DNA from: Candidatus Foliamicus sp.
Lineage (GTDB): Bacteria; Pseudomonadota; Gammaproteobacteria; Steroidobacterales; Foliamicaceae
Direction of reading: 5' to 3'
Length of the DNA stretch: 64,000 nucleotides
Assembly: GCA_965261845.1 (NCBI GenBank)
Contig: OZ253475.1
Location: 3,238,152-3,302,151 of the forward strand
Positions 1 to 9,974 of the stretch are shown one piece after another. Made by a program: the position numbers and the translations under genes. The notes beneath the pieces are model-generated. The model saw only the letters and a program-made list of their open reading frames with translations, was not told the origin of the DNA and made no database searches. Within the stretch, counting starts at the first letter, position 1, and each line of letters opens with the position of its first letter.

Positions 1-3000
1 ACAGCGCTCACAATCGTAGTCAGCCCCAACAATCGCGGTAAGCACGTCTCCGTGCGCGGTTGATCGACCTGCAGCGGATTCGAATCGCGAGTACGCCCCC
101 CGCCCCCAAATGGAAATGGCTCCTTTGCCCGATTCGGACGCAGCGAGCCGGAAGCCGCTCCCGGAAAACAGATCCCGCAATGCCAAAAGGCCCGGAAGTG
201 CGGTATCCGTTGCTCCGAAGTGCGTTCCGCCAGCGCCTGTGTTCCATCGCGCACCCTTGGATTCGACTGCGTTGCTCGGCCCGCGGCCGAACTCGCTCGG
301 CCAAGCAGCCGGTTTTCCGCGCAGATGATCCTGCTCGCCGGATTCGAACACGAAAAGACCTTCGCTCAACAAGCGATGTCCAGCAATCGTAATTTCCCCG
401 CCGGGTACGCGTCCGTTGCGCCGATAGGCCTCAAACTGCTCTTCGACGGCTTTCACGATGTGATCTCCCGTAATGCGGCCAAGCCGGGCCAGCCAGTGCC
501 TGGAGGCCGTATCCTCGTCCCCGCCACCGCGGATCAAACCCACGGCCTGTGCGTCAACCAGCTGAACGCCAACCGGATTGCCGAGTTCCAGAGTGAAGAA
601 TTCCTCGGCTTCATTAAGTAAGTCGAGCAGCAAGGGAACGACGATCTCGGCTCGCGTCTGACCGGCCGGAATCGTCAGTGTCCCCGCGCTTGATCTGTAG
701 TCCGCTCCCGCCTGGGCCGTGCCGTCGCGAGTTGTGTAGTCCACCGTGACCGCTTGACCACTGTGTCCGCTCAGGGATATCTCGAACACCAATTTGCCGT
801 CCGACTCCGCGCCGGAAGCGTCCGCCACGGTCAGATCCGGCCGCGGTGCAACCGTATCTGTTACCGTCACTGCCACGAAAGGTAGCGGGACATCATCGTA
901 GCCACCCCCTGCCGCTTCATGCGTCAACACATGGACCTGGTCATCAGTATCGTCGTCCAATGCCGCTGTAACCCGCACTTTCTGGGCGGTCCGCCAGTTC
1001 GAGACGGTGAACGTCAGCGTAACCGGAGATACGTCGAGGATATTGCCGGTGTATCCGGACACGAGCACCTTAACTTCCTCAAAGGGTTGGGACGTAAGCA
1101 CCACTGTGTAGAGGCCTCCGCCAGGATCGGCTTCGGGCACCGTCAGTTCCGTGGGCGTGATTTCCACGCCGCGGGTATCGTCATCGGTGATTGTGAGCGT
1201 GACGTGTGATGGTTCCACGACACCGGTCAGCGACACCGATCCCGACACCGTTACGGTTTTGTCCGGCGCATCCTCGTCGTTGTCGATTGCGGTCACCGTT
1301 ACTTCGCCCGTGCTCTGCGTCGCGTTGGCCGCAAAACTCAGCACCGTCCCGCTCACCTCGAAGTCGCCCGCAGCGGCAGGCGCATCTGCGATGGCGGACA
1401 CGGTTACGCTGAACGATTCCTCCGAGGCCGGCGACACGCTGGCCGTAACCGTGCTCACGCCTCCGTTCTCATCAATCGTGTCCGGGGTCAGAACCAGCGT
1501 CACCACCGCCGGCTCAGGCGGCGGGGGCTCGTCGTCATCGATGATTGTGAGCGTGACGTGTGATGGTTCCACGACACCGGTCAGCGACACCGATCCCGAC
1601 ACCGTTACGGTCTTGTCCGGCGCATCCTCGTCGTTGTCGATTGCGGTCACCGTTACTTCGCCCGTGCTCTGAGTCGCGTTGGCCGCAAAACTCAGCACCG
1701 TCCCGCTCACCTCGAAGTCGCCCGCAGCCGCAGGCGCATCTGCGATGGCGGACACGGTTACGCTGAACGATTCCTCCGAGGCCGGCGACACGCTGGCCGT
1801 AACCACGCTCACGCCTCCGTTCTCATCAATCGTGTCCGGGGTCAGAACCAGCGTCACCACCGCCGACACAGGTGGCGGGGGCTCGTCGTCATCGTCGGTG
1901 ATGGTCAGCGTGCCGTGTGATGGTTCCACGACACCGGTCAGCGACACCGATCCCGACACCGTTACGGTTTTATCCGGCGCATCCTCGTCGTTGTCGATTG
2001 CGGTCACCGTTACTTCGCCCGTGCTCTGCGTCGCGTTGGCCGCAAAACTCAGCACCGTCCCGCTCACCTCGAAGTCGCCCGCAGCGGCAGGCGCATCTGC
2101 GATGGCGGACACGGTTACGCTGAACGGTTCCTCCGAGGCCGGCGACACGCTGGCCGTAACCACGCTCACGCCTCCGTTCTCATCAATCGTGTCCGGGGTC
2201 AGAACCAGCGTCACCACCGCCGGCTCAGGCGGCGGGGGCTCGTCGTCATCGATGATTGTGAGCGTGACGTGTGATGGTTCCACGACACCGGTCAGCGACA
2301 CCGATCCCGACACCGTTACGGTCTTGTCCGGCGCATCCTCGTCGTTGTCGATTGCGGTCACCGTTACTTCGCCCGTGCTCTGAGTCGCGTTGGCCGCAAA
2401 ACTCAGCACCGTCCCGCTCACCTCGAAGTCGCCCGCAGCCGCAGGCGCATCTGCGATGGCGGACACGGTTACGCTGAACGATTCCTCCGAGGCCGGCGAC
2501 ACGCTGGCCGTAACCACGCTCACGCCTCCGTTCTCATCAATCGTGTCCGGGGTCAGAACCAGCGTCACCACCGCCGACACAGGTGGCGGGGGCTCGTCGT
2601 CATCGTCGGTGATGGTCAGCGTGCCGTGTGATGGTTCCACGACACCGGTCAGCGACACCGATCCCGACACCGTTACGGTTTTATCCGGCGCATCCTCGTC
2701 GTTGTCGATTGCGGTCACCGTTACTTCGCCCGTGCTCTGCGTCGCGTTGGCCGCAAAACTCAGCACCGTCCCGCTCACCTCGAAGTCGCCCGCAGCGGCA
2801 GGCGCATCTGCGACGGCGGACACGGTTACGCTGAACGATTCCTCCGAGGCCGGCGACACGCTGGCCGTAACCGTGCTCACGCCTCCGTTCTCGTCAATCG
2901 TGTCCGGGGTCAGAACCAGCGTCACCACCGCCGACACAGGTGGCGGGGGCTCGTCGTCATCGTCGGTGATGGTCAGCGTGACGTGTGATGGGTCCGCGAC

Positions 3001-6000
3001 ACCGGTCAGCGACACCGATCCCGACACCGTTACGGTCTTGTCCGGCGCATCCTCGTCGTTGTCGATTGCGGTCACCGTTACTTCGCCCGTGCTCTGAGTC
3101 GCGTTGGCCGCAAAACTCAGCACCGTCCCGCTCACCTCGAAGTCGCCCGCAGCGGCAGGCGCATCTGCGATGGCGGACACGGTTACGCTGAACGATTCCT
3201 CCGAGGCCGGCGACACGCTGGCCGTAACCGTGCTCACGCCTCCGTTCTCATCAATCGTGTCCGGGGTCAGAACCAGCGTCACCACCGCCGACACAGGTGG
3301 CGGGGGCTCGTCGTCATCGGTAATCCTCAACGTCCTATCCGCGGGCGCCAGGATGCCGGTGGTTTCCGCGGCCGTCTCTTCCCAGGCTTCGAAGTCGTAA
3401 CCGGTGATTCTCCCGGACAGCGTCAAGGTCTTATGCGGTTCTTCCTCGTCGTTGTGGGTGGAGTAAATGAAAAGTATGCCCTCGCTCTCGCTTGCACCGG
3501 GTGCGAAGGGCAACATCCCCTGCGGGGGGAACGGGATAGACGAGAGTTCGTAGTCGTCCTCGTCCGCCGGCGCGAGCGGCGATACCGTTATATTTACGCA
3601 GAACTCTCCTTCCGCAGGCGGCGACACCGTTGCGGTCACTTCCGCTCTGGACTCCACATGGACTTCGAGAGTGCTTCCGCGGGCACGCTCCTTTATCTCC
3701 TCCGGGTTCAGATGCAGCACCACCTGTGAATTGGCCTCATCATCCACAATGGCAATAACTTGCTCTGCTCCAATATTAGTCCCATCGAGGGCTGCGCTAA
3801 TCAAAACGGTCTGGTCTACGTTGCCTTCGAACAGACCATCGTCCAGAGCCGTCACCAAAGTGTTGGCGGCCGATGCGAGCGCCGGGAGCACCAGTGTCTT
3901 TGAACCGATGGTGTAGTCATCGCTTTCCGTGGCCGTGCCCGCCAGGGTAAGGTCGATGGTCTGTTCCGTGGCAAAGGTAGGCCCCGACCCCGTGCTCACC
4001 GTGATCGTCGCTGTGCCGCCGTTCTCTGCTATCGACGCCTCGTCCACCGAAAAGACCAGCGTGGGCACGCCGTCATCGTCGGTGATGGTGAGCGTGTGCT
4101 GCGACCCGATGTCCACGGATGACCTGGAGGCACTGATCAATATGGTTTCATCCGCCTCCTGGATGATATCGTCCACACCCGTCACTGTGACCGTAACGCT
4201 GGATGCTTGCGCGCCCGAACCGGCCGGAAGCGCCAGTGTCTTTGAGCCGATGGTGTAGTCATCGCTTTCCGTGGCCGTGCCCGCCAGGGTAAGGTCGATG
4301 GTCTGTTCCGTGGCAAAGGTAGTACCCGTCCCCGTGCTCACCGTGATCGTCGCTGTGCCGCCGTTCTCTGCTATCGATGCCTCGTCCACCGAAAAGACCA
4401 GCGCGGGCACGCCGTCATCGTCGGTGATGGTGAGCGTGTGCTGCGACCCGATGTCCACGGATGACCTGGAGGCACTGATCAATATGGTTTCATCCGCCTC
4501 CTGGATGATATCGTCCACACCCGTCACTGTGACCGTAACGCTGGATGCTTGCGCGCCCGAACCGGCCGGAAGCGCCAGTGTCTTTGAGCCGATGGTGTAG
4601 TCATCGCTTTCCGTGGCCGTGCCCGCCAGGGTAAGGTCGATGGTCTGTTCCGTGGCAAAGGTAGTACCCGTCCCCGTGCTCACCGTGATGTTCGCTGTGC
4701 CGCCGTTCTCTGCTATCGATGCCTCGTCCACCGAAAAGACCAGCGCGGGCACGCCGTCATCGTCGGTGATGGTGAGCGTGTGCTGCGACCCGATGTCCAC
4801 GGATGACCTGGAGGCATTGATCAATATGGTTTCATCCGCCTCATGGATGAGATCGTCCACACCCGTCACTGTGACCGTAACGCTGGATGCTTGCGCGCCC
4901 GAACCGGCCGGAAGCGCCAGTGTCTTTGAGCCGATGGTGTAGTCATCGCTTTCCGTGGCCGTGCCCGCCAGGGTAAGGTCGATGGTCTGTTCCGTGGCAA
5001 AGGTAGTACCCGTCCCCGTGCTCACCGTGATGTTCGCTGTGCCGCCGTTCTCTGCTATCGATGCCTCGTCCACCGAAAAGACCAGCGCGGGCACGCCGTC
5101 ATCGTCGGTGATGGTGAGCGTGTGCTGCGACCCGATGTCCACGGATGACCTGGAGGCATTGATCAATATGGTTTCATCCGCCTCATGGATGAGATCGTCC
5201 ACACCCGTCACTGTGACCGTAACGCTGGATGCTTGCGCGCCCGAACCGGCCGGAAGCGCCAGTGTCTTTGAGCCGATGGTGTAGTCATCGCTTTCCGTGG
5301 CCGTGCCCGCCAGGGTAAGGTCGATGGTCTGTTCCGTGGCAAAGGTAGTACCCGTCCCCGTGCTCACCGTGATGTTCGCTGTGCCGCCGTTCTCTGCTAT
5401 CGATGCCTCGTCCACCGAAAAGACCAGCGCGGGCGCGTCGTCATCGTCGGTGATGGTGCCCATGGCGGTAGCATCGGAAAGAGTGGCCCCGCCCTGGGAA
5501 GGATTGCTCAACGTCACCGAAAAGACTTCGCTGTTTTCGTCGATCTTGTCCTGAAGTATCGGGACCGTGAAGGTCGTTGAAGTGCTGTTCGCGGTGATGG
5601 TGGCGATGCCGCTTGAGGCCGTGTAATCGGCGCCAGAAATTGCCGTGTCGCCCGTTTCCGTGGAGGTGGCGTAGTTCACGAACATGTCGGAGCTGATCGC
5701 CGGGTCCAATTCAATAGTAAACGTCGCGCTGCCCGCGGACTCAGACACGCTCACGTCCGCAATGCTGACGTTGGTCGTTTCCTCGCCCGAGGATACAACG
5801 ATCTTCATGGGTAGCGAGGCTCCGGCGGTGAATGGACTGCTACCGCCGAAATTGGTAGTGTCCGTCCACTTGTAGAAATATCTCACGGGATCATTGAAGA
5901 CAAACCGGTCGCCCTCGGAGAACGACAGTTCGAGGCTGCCTATTTGCAAAGTCCAGCCAGCGGCCGTTCCGCGGGAAGGAAGTGGGGATAGCGCAAATAC

Positions 6001-6303
6001 CACTTCTCCGGTATCCGCATTGTTGTGGACCTCGGTAACCGTGTACTCTATCTCTCGGAACGTGAATGTGGTGCTTGTGCTGGACCCGCCAGGGGTTGCG
6101 TGCGTGTTATAACCGACCAGAGTCTCACCACCGGCCCTCGAACTTTCCACCGTTACGGTGGATGACCAAATACAAGTTTGCGCCGACGCCGGAAGAGCAA
6201 GCGCGAAACTTCCAGAGCCGATGAGCAAAGTCACCGAGAGGCCCCGCAGTATATGGAAGAACCCGCCGGTCGAATTCCCGCAATTGAGCTTCCTGACCGA
6301 CAT
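1..6303 (-). CDS. Giant secreted Calx-beta/Ig-like repeat surface protein with probable C-terminal autotransporter beta-barrel; >2100 aa, 3' end outside the window
   Basis: Not in the ORF track because no stop occurs before the edge. ATG at 6303 gives MSVRKLNCGNSTGGFFHILRGLSVTLLIGSGSFALALPASA|QTC (signal peptide). The + strand shadow ORFs across 1151-6112 all imply the same minus frame, and the segments I translated (1-660, 2960-3720, 5890-6303) had no stops. Calx-beta motifs: VSIADVSVSESAGSATFTI...TITDDD and LTVADASGAESDG...VDYTTRDGTAQAGADY. The last residues, WGRGAYSRF...GDVLTAIVGADY, resemble the start of an autotransporter barrel. Confidence 0.9.
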   Translation of the reverse strand, partial: MSVRKLNCGNSTGGFFHILRGLSVTLLIGSGSFALALPASAQTCIWSSTVTVESSRAGGETLVGYNTHATPGGSSTSTTFTFREIEYTVTEVHNNADTGEVVFALSPLPSRGTAAGWTLQIGSLELSFSEGDRFVFNDPVRYFYKWTDTTNFGGSSPFTAGASLPMKIVVSSGEETTNVSIADVSVSESAGSATFTIELDPAISSDMFVNYATSTETGDTAISGADYTASSGIATITANSTSTTFTVPILQDKIDENSEVFSVTLSNPSQGGATLSDATAMGTITDDDDAPALVFSVDEASIAENGGTANITVSTGTGTTFATEQTIDLTLAGTATESDDYTIGSKTLALPAGSGAQASSVTVTVTGVDDLIHEADETILINASRSSVDIGSQHTLTITDDDGVPALVFSVDEASIAENGGTANITVSTGTGTTFATEQTIDLTLAGTATESDDYTIGSKTLALPAGSGAQASSVTVTVTGVDDLIHEADETILINASRSSVDIGSQHTLTITDDDGVPALVFSVDEASIAENGGTANITVSTGTGTTFATEQTIDLTLAGTATESDDYTIGSKTLALPAGSGAQASSVTVTVTGVDDIIQEADETILISASRSSVDIGSQHTLTITDDDGVPALVFSVDEASIAENGGTATITVSTGTGTTFATEQTIDLTLAGTATESDDYTIGSKTLALPAGSGAQASSVTVTVTGVDDIIQEADETILISASRSSVDIGSQHTLTITDDDGVPTLVFSVDEASIAENGGTATITVSTGSGPTFATEQTIDLTLAGTATESDDYTIGSKTLVLPALASAANTLVTALDDGLFEGNVDQTVLISAALDGTNIGAEQVIAIVDDEANSQVVLHLNPEEIKERARGSTLEVHVESRAEVTATVSPPAEGEFCVNITVSPLAPADEDDYELSSIPFPPQGMLPFAPGASESEGILFIYSTHNDEEEPHKTLTLSGRITGYDFEAWEETAAETTGILAPADRTLRITDDDEPPPPVSAVVTLVLTPDTIDENGGVSTVTASVSPASEESFSVTVSAIADAPAAAGDFEVSGTVLSFAANATQSTGEVTVTAIDNDEDAPDKTVTVSGSVSLTGVADPSHVTLTITDDDDEPPPPVSAVVTLVLTPDTIDENGGVSTVTASVSPASEESFSVTVSAVADAPAAAGDFEVSGTVLSFAANATQSTGEVTVTAIDNDEDAPDKTVTVSGSVSLTGVVEPSHGTLTITDDDDEPPPPVSAVVTLVLTPDTIDENGGVSVVTASVSPASEESFSVTVSAIADAPAAAGDFEVSGTVLSFAANATQSTGEVTVTAIDNDEDAPDKTVTVSGSVSLTGVVEPSHVTLTIIDDDEPPPPEPAVVTLVLTPDTIDENGGVSVVTASVSPASEEPFSVTVSAIADAPAAAGDFEVSGTVLSFAANATQSTGEVTVTAIDNDEDAPDKTVTVSGSVSLTGVVEPSHGTLTITDDDDEPPPPVSAVVTLVLTPDTIDENGGVSVVTASVSPASEESFSVTVSAIADAPAAAGDFEVSGTVLSFAANATQSTGEVTVTAIDNDEDAPDKTVTVSGSVSLTGVVEPSHVTLTIIDDDEPPPPEPAVVTLVLTPDTIDENGGVSTVTASVSPASEESFSVTVSAIADAPAAAGDFEVSGTVLSFAANATQSTGEVTVTAIDNDEDAPDKTVTVSGSVSLTGVVEPSHVTLTITDDDTRGVEITPTELTVPEADPGGGLYTVVLTSQPFEEVKVLVSGYTGNILDVSPVTLTFTVSNWRTAQKVRVTAALDDDTDDQVHVLTHEAAGGGYDDVPLPFVAVTVTDTVAPRPDLTVADASGAESDGKLVFEISLSGHSGQAVTVDYTTRDGTAQAGADYRSSAGTLTIPAGQTRAEIVVPLLLDLLNEAEEFFTLELGNPVGVQLVDAQAVGLIRGGGDEDTASRHWLARLGRITGDHIVKAVEEQFEAYRRNGRVPGGEITIAGHRLLSEGLFVFESGEQDHLRGKPAAWPSEFGRGPSNAVESKGARWNTGAGGTHFGATDTALPGLLALRDLFSGSGFRLAASESGKGAISIWGRGAYSRFESAAGRSTAHGDVLTAIVGADYDCERC
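1179..3320 (-). repeat. Intragenic tandem array A: six near-identical 354/357-bp units (118/119 aa, proline-rich linker)
   Basis: Equivalent positions at 1206, 1560, 1917, 2271, 2628, 2985 (spacings 354, 357, 354, 357, 357), all multiples of 3. Confidence 0.95.
3890..5458 (-). repeat. Intragenic tandem array B: about 4.6 near-identical 342-bp units (114 aa)
   Basis: Equivalent positions at 3929, 4271, 4613, 4955, 5297 (spacing 342). Confidence 0.95.
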
Positions 6304-6570
6304 GAAATCAAGCAGCGAGTTTGTGGCGCCTTTCAGCTTGCGGCCACGGTGACGATCCGGAACTGGGTTTGTAGCTGCGCCAAGCGAACGCACTTCTGAG
6401 CGCTTACGTCTCCCCTGGGGAACAAGATGAAACTTGTGCAAGGACTACCTTCCTTGTAGTGTTTGTTGCCCCCGCACCAGGCTGTCGCCGTTCCGGCGCT
6501 TGCCGTTCCAATTGCGACACCACCTTCGTTCATGATCAACGGAGAATCAATGGGGTCTACCCCTCAAGTT

Positions 6571-6581
6571 GGGGGGGGGGG
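6571..6581. repeat. G11 homopolymer in the divergent intergenic region
   Basis: Sequence ...caagtt GGGGGGGGGGG cacag... Confidence 0.85.
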
Positions 6582-6823
6582 CACAGCAGCTTGCAATTGT
6601 CGAATTAAGGTTGCCTCGACCCGTGCTCGTTCGGTAAGAACGGGAATCGATTCTTCAACGACCCGACCCATCCGAACTACGCTATTTCCGTCACCTGGCG
6701 CCTCCGGCTCATCGTGCCGGCAAATCAGCATGACGGGGTGCCTGTAAGGGTGCTTCAACCGTCTTTCAGGGCCGTGAGGACGCTTGCGGCTGCTCGCGCT
6801 CGCCGCCTACACTAGCCGGTCTG

Positions 6824-8398
6824 ATGTCAGATTTTGACGTAATCGTGATCGGCGGCGGGGTCAACGGCCTGGCCTGCGCCGCGACCCTGACGCGCGAGGG
6901 TTTGAGTTGCTGCGTGCTGGAACGCAACAGCTACGTGGGCGGCGGCGCGGTGACCCGCGAAGTGACGCTGCCTGGGTTTCGCCATGATCTGTACGGTTCC
7001 TCGCACGTCTGGATTCATTGCAACGCCGACTTCAAGGCTATTCAGCCGGAACTGGAGCGTTTCGGGCTGAAATACATCGAGCCTGAAGATCACATTACCG
7101 GGCATCCGGATCGCACCGGTGGTCCGGGCATCGTGGTGTACAAAAGCGTTGAGCGCACCTGCGAGTCGATTGCCGCGTACTCCGCCGCCGATGCCCGCCG
7201 TTACGCAGCGGTCTGTGCGGACTTTGAACAGATCCGCGAGGGTTTCATCAAGGCGTTTTTCTCGCCGCCCGGTCCGCCCAGCACCTTGCCGCGCGCTTTG
7301 GAGCAGAGCGTGGACGGATTGAGGCGTCTGCAGGAGTTCTCGATGTCGGCGCGCGCCTGGGTGGAGGCCAACTTCGAGAACGACTTCGTCCAGGCGATGA
7401 TGCTGAACTGGGCGCTGGCCCCGCAGATTCTTCCCGGCCAGGAGGGTGCCGGGCAGTCCTTCTACATCATGATCCCGGCGATCCATTACTACGGTCAGGC
7501 GATTCCCGAAGGCGGTAGCCAGCAGCTTCCGAAGGCGATGGCGGCATTTCTGGAGGGCAAGGGCAGCCGGGTAATGACTTCTTCCTCGGTGGATCAGATC
7601 GTGGTGGAGCACGGCCGTGCCTGTGGCGCGCGCCTGGAATCCGGCGAGACGCTGCGCGCCCGCCGGGCGGTCGTGTCGGCCCTGGAGCCGCGCCAGACGT
7701 TCTTGCGCATGCTCGATGCAGACCTGCTGGAGGAAGACTTTCTGGACATGGTTCGCGGCTATTCCTTCGGCAGAATCTCGGTATGCCGGGTGCACCTGGC
7801 TCTGAAAAAGCCTCCGCAATTCGTCAACGGCGAGAGCATGAGCCGCTGCGCGTTTCATCGCATGACCGACAGCATGCCGCAGTTGCTGAAGTTCTACGGC
7901 GAGCTGGCCATGGGACTGCCGCCGTCGGACCCGTTCCTCTGGTCGGCCTGCTGGACACTGCTGGATCCCACGCGTGCTCCCCACGGGCAGCACACCCTGA
8001 TATTTGATACCTTTGTTTCCAATTGGCTGACCGACGGGCGGACCTGGGGCGAGATCGGCGAGCAGTACGCGGAGAATGTGCTACTGCCGAAGCTTCGGCA
8101 GTACGCCCCCAATATCGGCGGGGACAACATACTCGGGCGGCATGTGGAAACCGGGGAAAGCCTGGAGAGCGCCAATCCATCGTTCGTGGAGGGAACCACC
8201 AACGGGGGCGAACGGATCGCTTCGCAACTGGGCTATTTCCGGCCGTTCCCCGGCTATGCGCACTATCGCTCGCCGGTGCCCGGCCTGTACATGACCGGGC
8301 CCCACTGTCATCCGGGCGGTGGCATTTCAGCCATGGGCACGATCACCGCGCGGGTGATGCTGGATGACTTCGGAATCCGGGAAGCGGATTTCTGGTAA
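6824..8398 (+). CDS. Phytoene dehydrogenase-family (COG1233/PYROXD2-like) FAD oxidoreductase
   Basis: N-terminal VIVIGGGVNGL...VLER...GG, TLPGFRHD, C-terminal GLYMTGPHCHPGGGISA; 524 aa. Confidence 0.85.
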   Translation: MSDFDVIVIGGGVNGLACAATLTREGLSCCVLERNSYVGGGAVTREVTLPGFRHDLYGSSHVWIHCNADFKAIQPELERFGLKYIEPEDHITGHPDRTGGPGIVVYKSVERTCESIAAYSAADARRYAAVCADFEQIREGFIKAFFSPPGPPSTLPRALEQSVDGLRRLQEFSMSARAWVEANFENDFVQAMMLNWALAPQILPGQEGAGQSFYIMIPAIHYYGQAIPEGGSQQLPKAMAAFLEGKGSRVMTSSSVDQIVVEHGRACGARLESGETLRARRAVVSALEPRQTFLRMLDADLLEEDFLDMVRGYSFGRISVCRVHLALKKPPQFVNGESMSRCAFHRMTDSMPQLLKFYGELAMGLPPSDPFLWSACWTLLDPTRAPHGQHTLIFDTFVSNWLTDGRTWGEIGEQYAENVLLPKLRQYAPNIGGDNILGRHVETGESLESANPSFVEGTTNGGERIASQLGYFRPFPGYAHYRSPVPGLYMTGPHCHPGGGISAMGTITARVMLDDFGIREADFW

Positions 8399-8418
8399 CA
8401 GAACCTTGAGGAATTGAG

Positions 8419-9570
8419 ATGAGCAAGATTGAGAAATACACCGGGATGGTGATACAGCCGCATGTGAAGGTCGCCGAAGACCGTGACGATATCAAGCGCA
8501 ACCTGGACCGGGCGCTGAACATGATCGACTTCGGCGTCGGCTATTTCTGGGAACTGCCGGTGAAACTTGTCGTGTTGCCCGAGTACTTCCTGCAGGGAGT
8601 GACGACGCCCGGCAAAGGCGAGCACGGCATCGAGAGCTTCATGAAGAAGGCGATCACCTTCGATGGTCCGGAGATGCGGATTCTCGGCGACAAGGCCCGC
8701 GAATACGGTCTCTACATTGCCGGTGGCGGCGTAGTGGAACAGGTGCCCGAGTTCCCGGATCGCTGGTTCAACGCGGCGTTCGTGATCGGACCCACGGGCA
8801 AAGTCATCCTGCGCTATCACAAGTGGCACGTCCCGGCCAATATCGGCCTGGGAAGCAGCCCCCACGACCTGCTGGACGCCTATCGCGAAGTGTTCGGCAC
8901 CGATATCGCCGACCTGTTTCCGGTGGTCGATACCGAGATCGGCAAGCTCGGCACCATGACCTGCCACGACGGCTGCACCCCGGAAGTGTCGCGGGCGCTG
9001 GGTTACAACGGCTGCGAGGTGCTGTGCCACCCTACGGCGCTGCAGGAAATAGAAGGCGTGAGCGAGCCCTGGGACTTCTGGACCTTCACCCGCCGGACCC
9101 GGGCGCACGACAACATGTGCTACCTGCTGGGATCCAATTGGGGCACGGTGGATTACGACTACTACCCCAAGGCGTTCTGCCCCGGAGGTTCGTTCATCAT
9201 CGACTACACCGGGATGATGCTGCGCCACGCCAACTATCCGCAGGAGCAGGTGATCGGCGCCACGATCGACGTCGAGGCGTTGCGCGAGCATCGCTCCCGC
9301 TGCGGCCACAATTGCTGGGTGGACTTGCGTACCGAAGGCTTCAAGCAGATCTACGAGAAGCCCATCTACCCGCCCAACCAGTTTCCGCCCGGCAAGCCGC
9401 CGCGCACGCTGGCCGACAAGATGGGGCCGCTGGATACCGTGTTCAAGGACCTCTACGGGCGCGGCCAGTTCATGCCGCCGGCCGGCATGACTGTGGAGGA
9501 CATGCCGAACCTGCATCGCAAGCGCGTGCGCGCCGCCCAGGACCGCGGCACGCTGAAGAAGAACGACTGA
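8419..9570 (+). CDS. Nitrilase/carbon-nitrogen hydrolase family amidase
   Basis: Catalytic E-K-C triad in LVVLPEYF, YHKWH, TCHDG; GAGG RBS; 383 aa. Confidence 0.9.
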   Translation: MSKIEKYTGMVIQPHVKVAEDRDDIKRNLDRALNMIDFGVGYFWELPVKLVVLPEYFLQGVTTPGKGEHGIESFMKKAITFDGPEMRILGDKAREYGLYIAGGGVVEQVPEFPDRWFNAAFVIGPTGKVILRYHKWHVPANIGLGSSPHDLLDAYREVFGTDIADLFPVVDTEIGKLGTMTCHDGCTPEVSRALGYNGCEVLCHPTALQEIEGVSEPWDFWTFTRRTRAHDNMCYLLGSNWGTVDYDYYPKAFCPGGSFIIDYTGMMLRHANYPQEQVIGATIDVEALREHRSRCGHNCWVDLRTEGFKQIYEKPIYPPNQFPPGKPPRTLADKMGPLDTVFKDLYGRGQFMPPAGMTVEDMPNLHRKRVRAAQDRGTLKKND

Positions 9571-9584
9571 CGGAGAGTAGCGGC

Positions 9585-9944
9585 ATGCGCGTAACCAGCG
9601 ACCTGGCCGATCTGGAAATCCAACTCGGGCGGATTACCCGCCAAGGCGATGAACTGGTGGTGGAGAGCGCCCCCGGAAGCAGCCTGGATGCCCGTATTCG
9701 CGTGGATGCCAGGGATGCGCGGACCATGCTGGGCAAGGTGCTGAGGTCCGGCGCTGTATGGGCGTTCCTGTTAAGGTTGCCGTTTGCGCGGCTGAAGGAC
9801 GCGGCGAGAGCGCGCCGGGAACGAGGGCGTCTCGCCCTCGGCGAAGGCGGCGACGCCTTCGCTCACGGAACCAAAGAAAAGGCCGGCGACAATCCAGCGT
9901 GGCGTGCGCGGCGCGAGAGCACCGGCCTCAACAAACCTTGGTAG
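9585..9944 (+). CDS. Small hypothetical protein (119 aa) with one hydrophobic segment
   Basis: GGAG RBS and ATG 14 nt after the amidase stop; MRVTSDLADLEIQLGRITRQGDELVVES...; fills the operon gap. Confidence 0.7.
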   Translation: MRVTSDLADLEIQLGRITRQGDELVVESAPGSSLDARIRVDARDARTMLGKVLRSGAVWAFLLRLPFARLKDAARARRERGRLALGEGGDAFAHGTKEKAGDNPAWRARRESTGLNKPW

Positions 9945-9974
9945 GCTATAGGGGCTAATCGGCGAGGAAGACTT

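Noticed and set aside
1179-5458. Tandem repeats as a possible CRISPR array or non-coding satellite
   Set aside because: Units are 342-357 bp, in frame and coding, with no unique spacers and no cas genes.
20-6399. Many + strand ORFs rich in Ser/Val/Thr, repeated several times
   Set aside because: They are antisense shadows of the minus-strand Calx-beta gene, and their periodicity simply mirrors its repeats.
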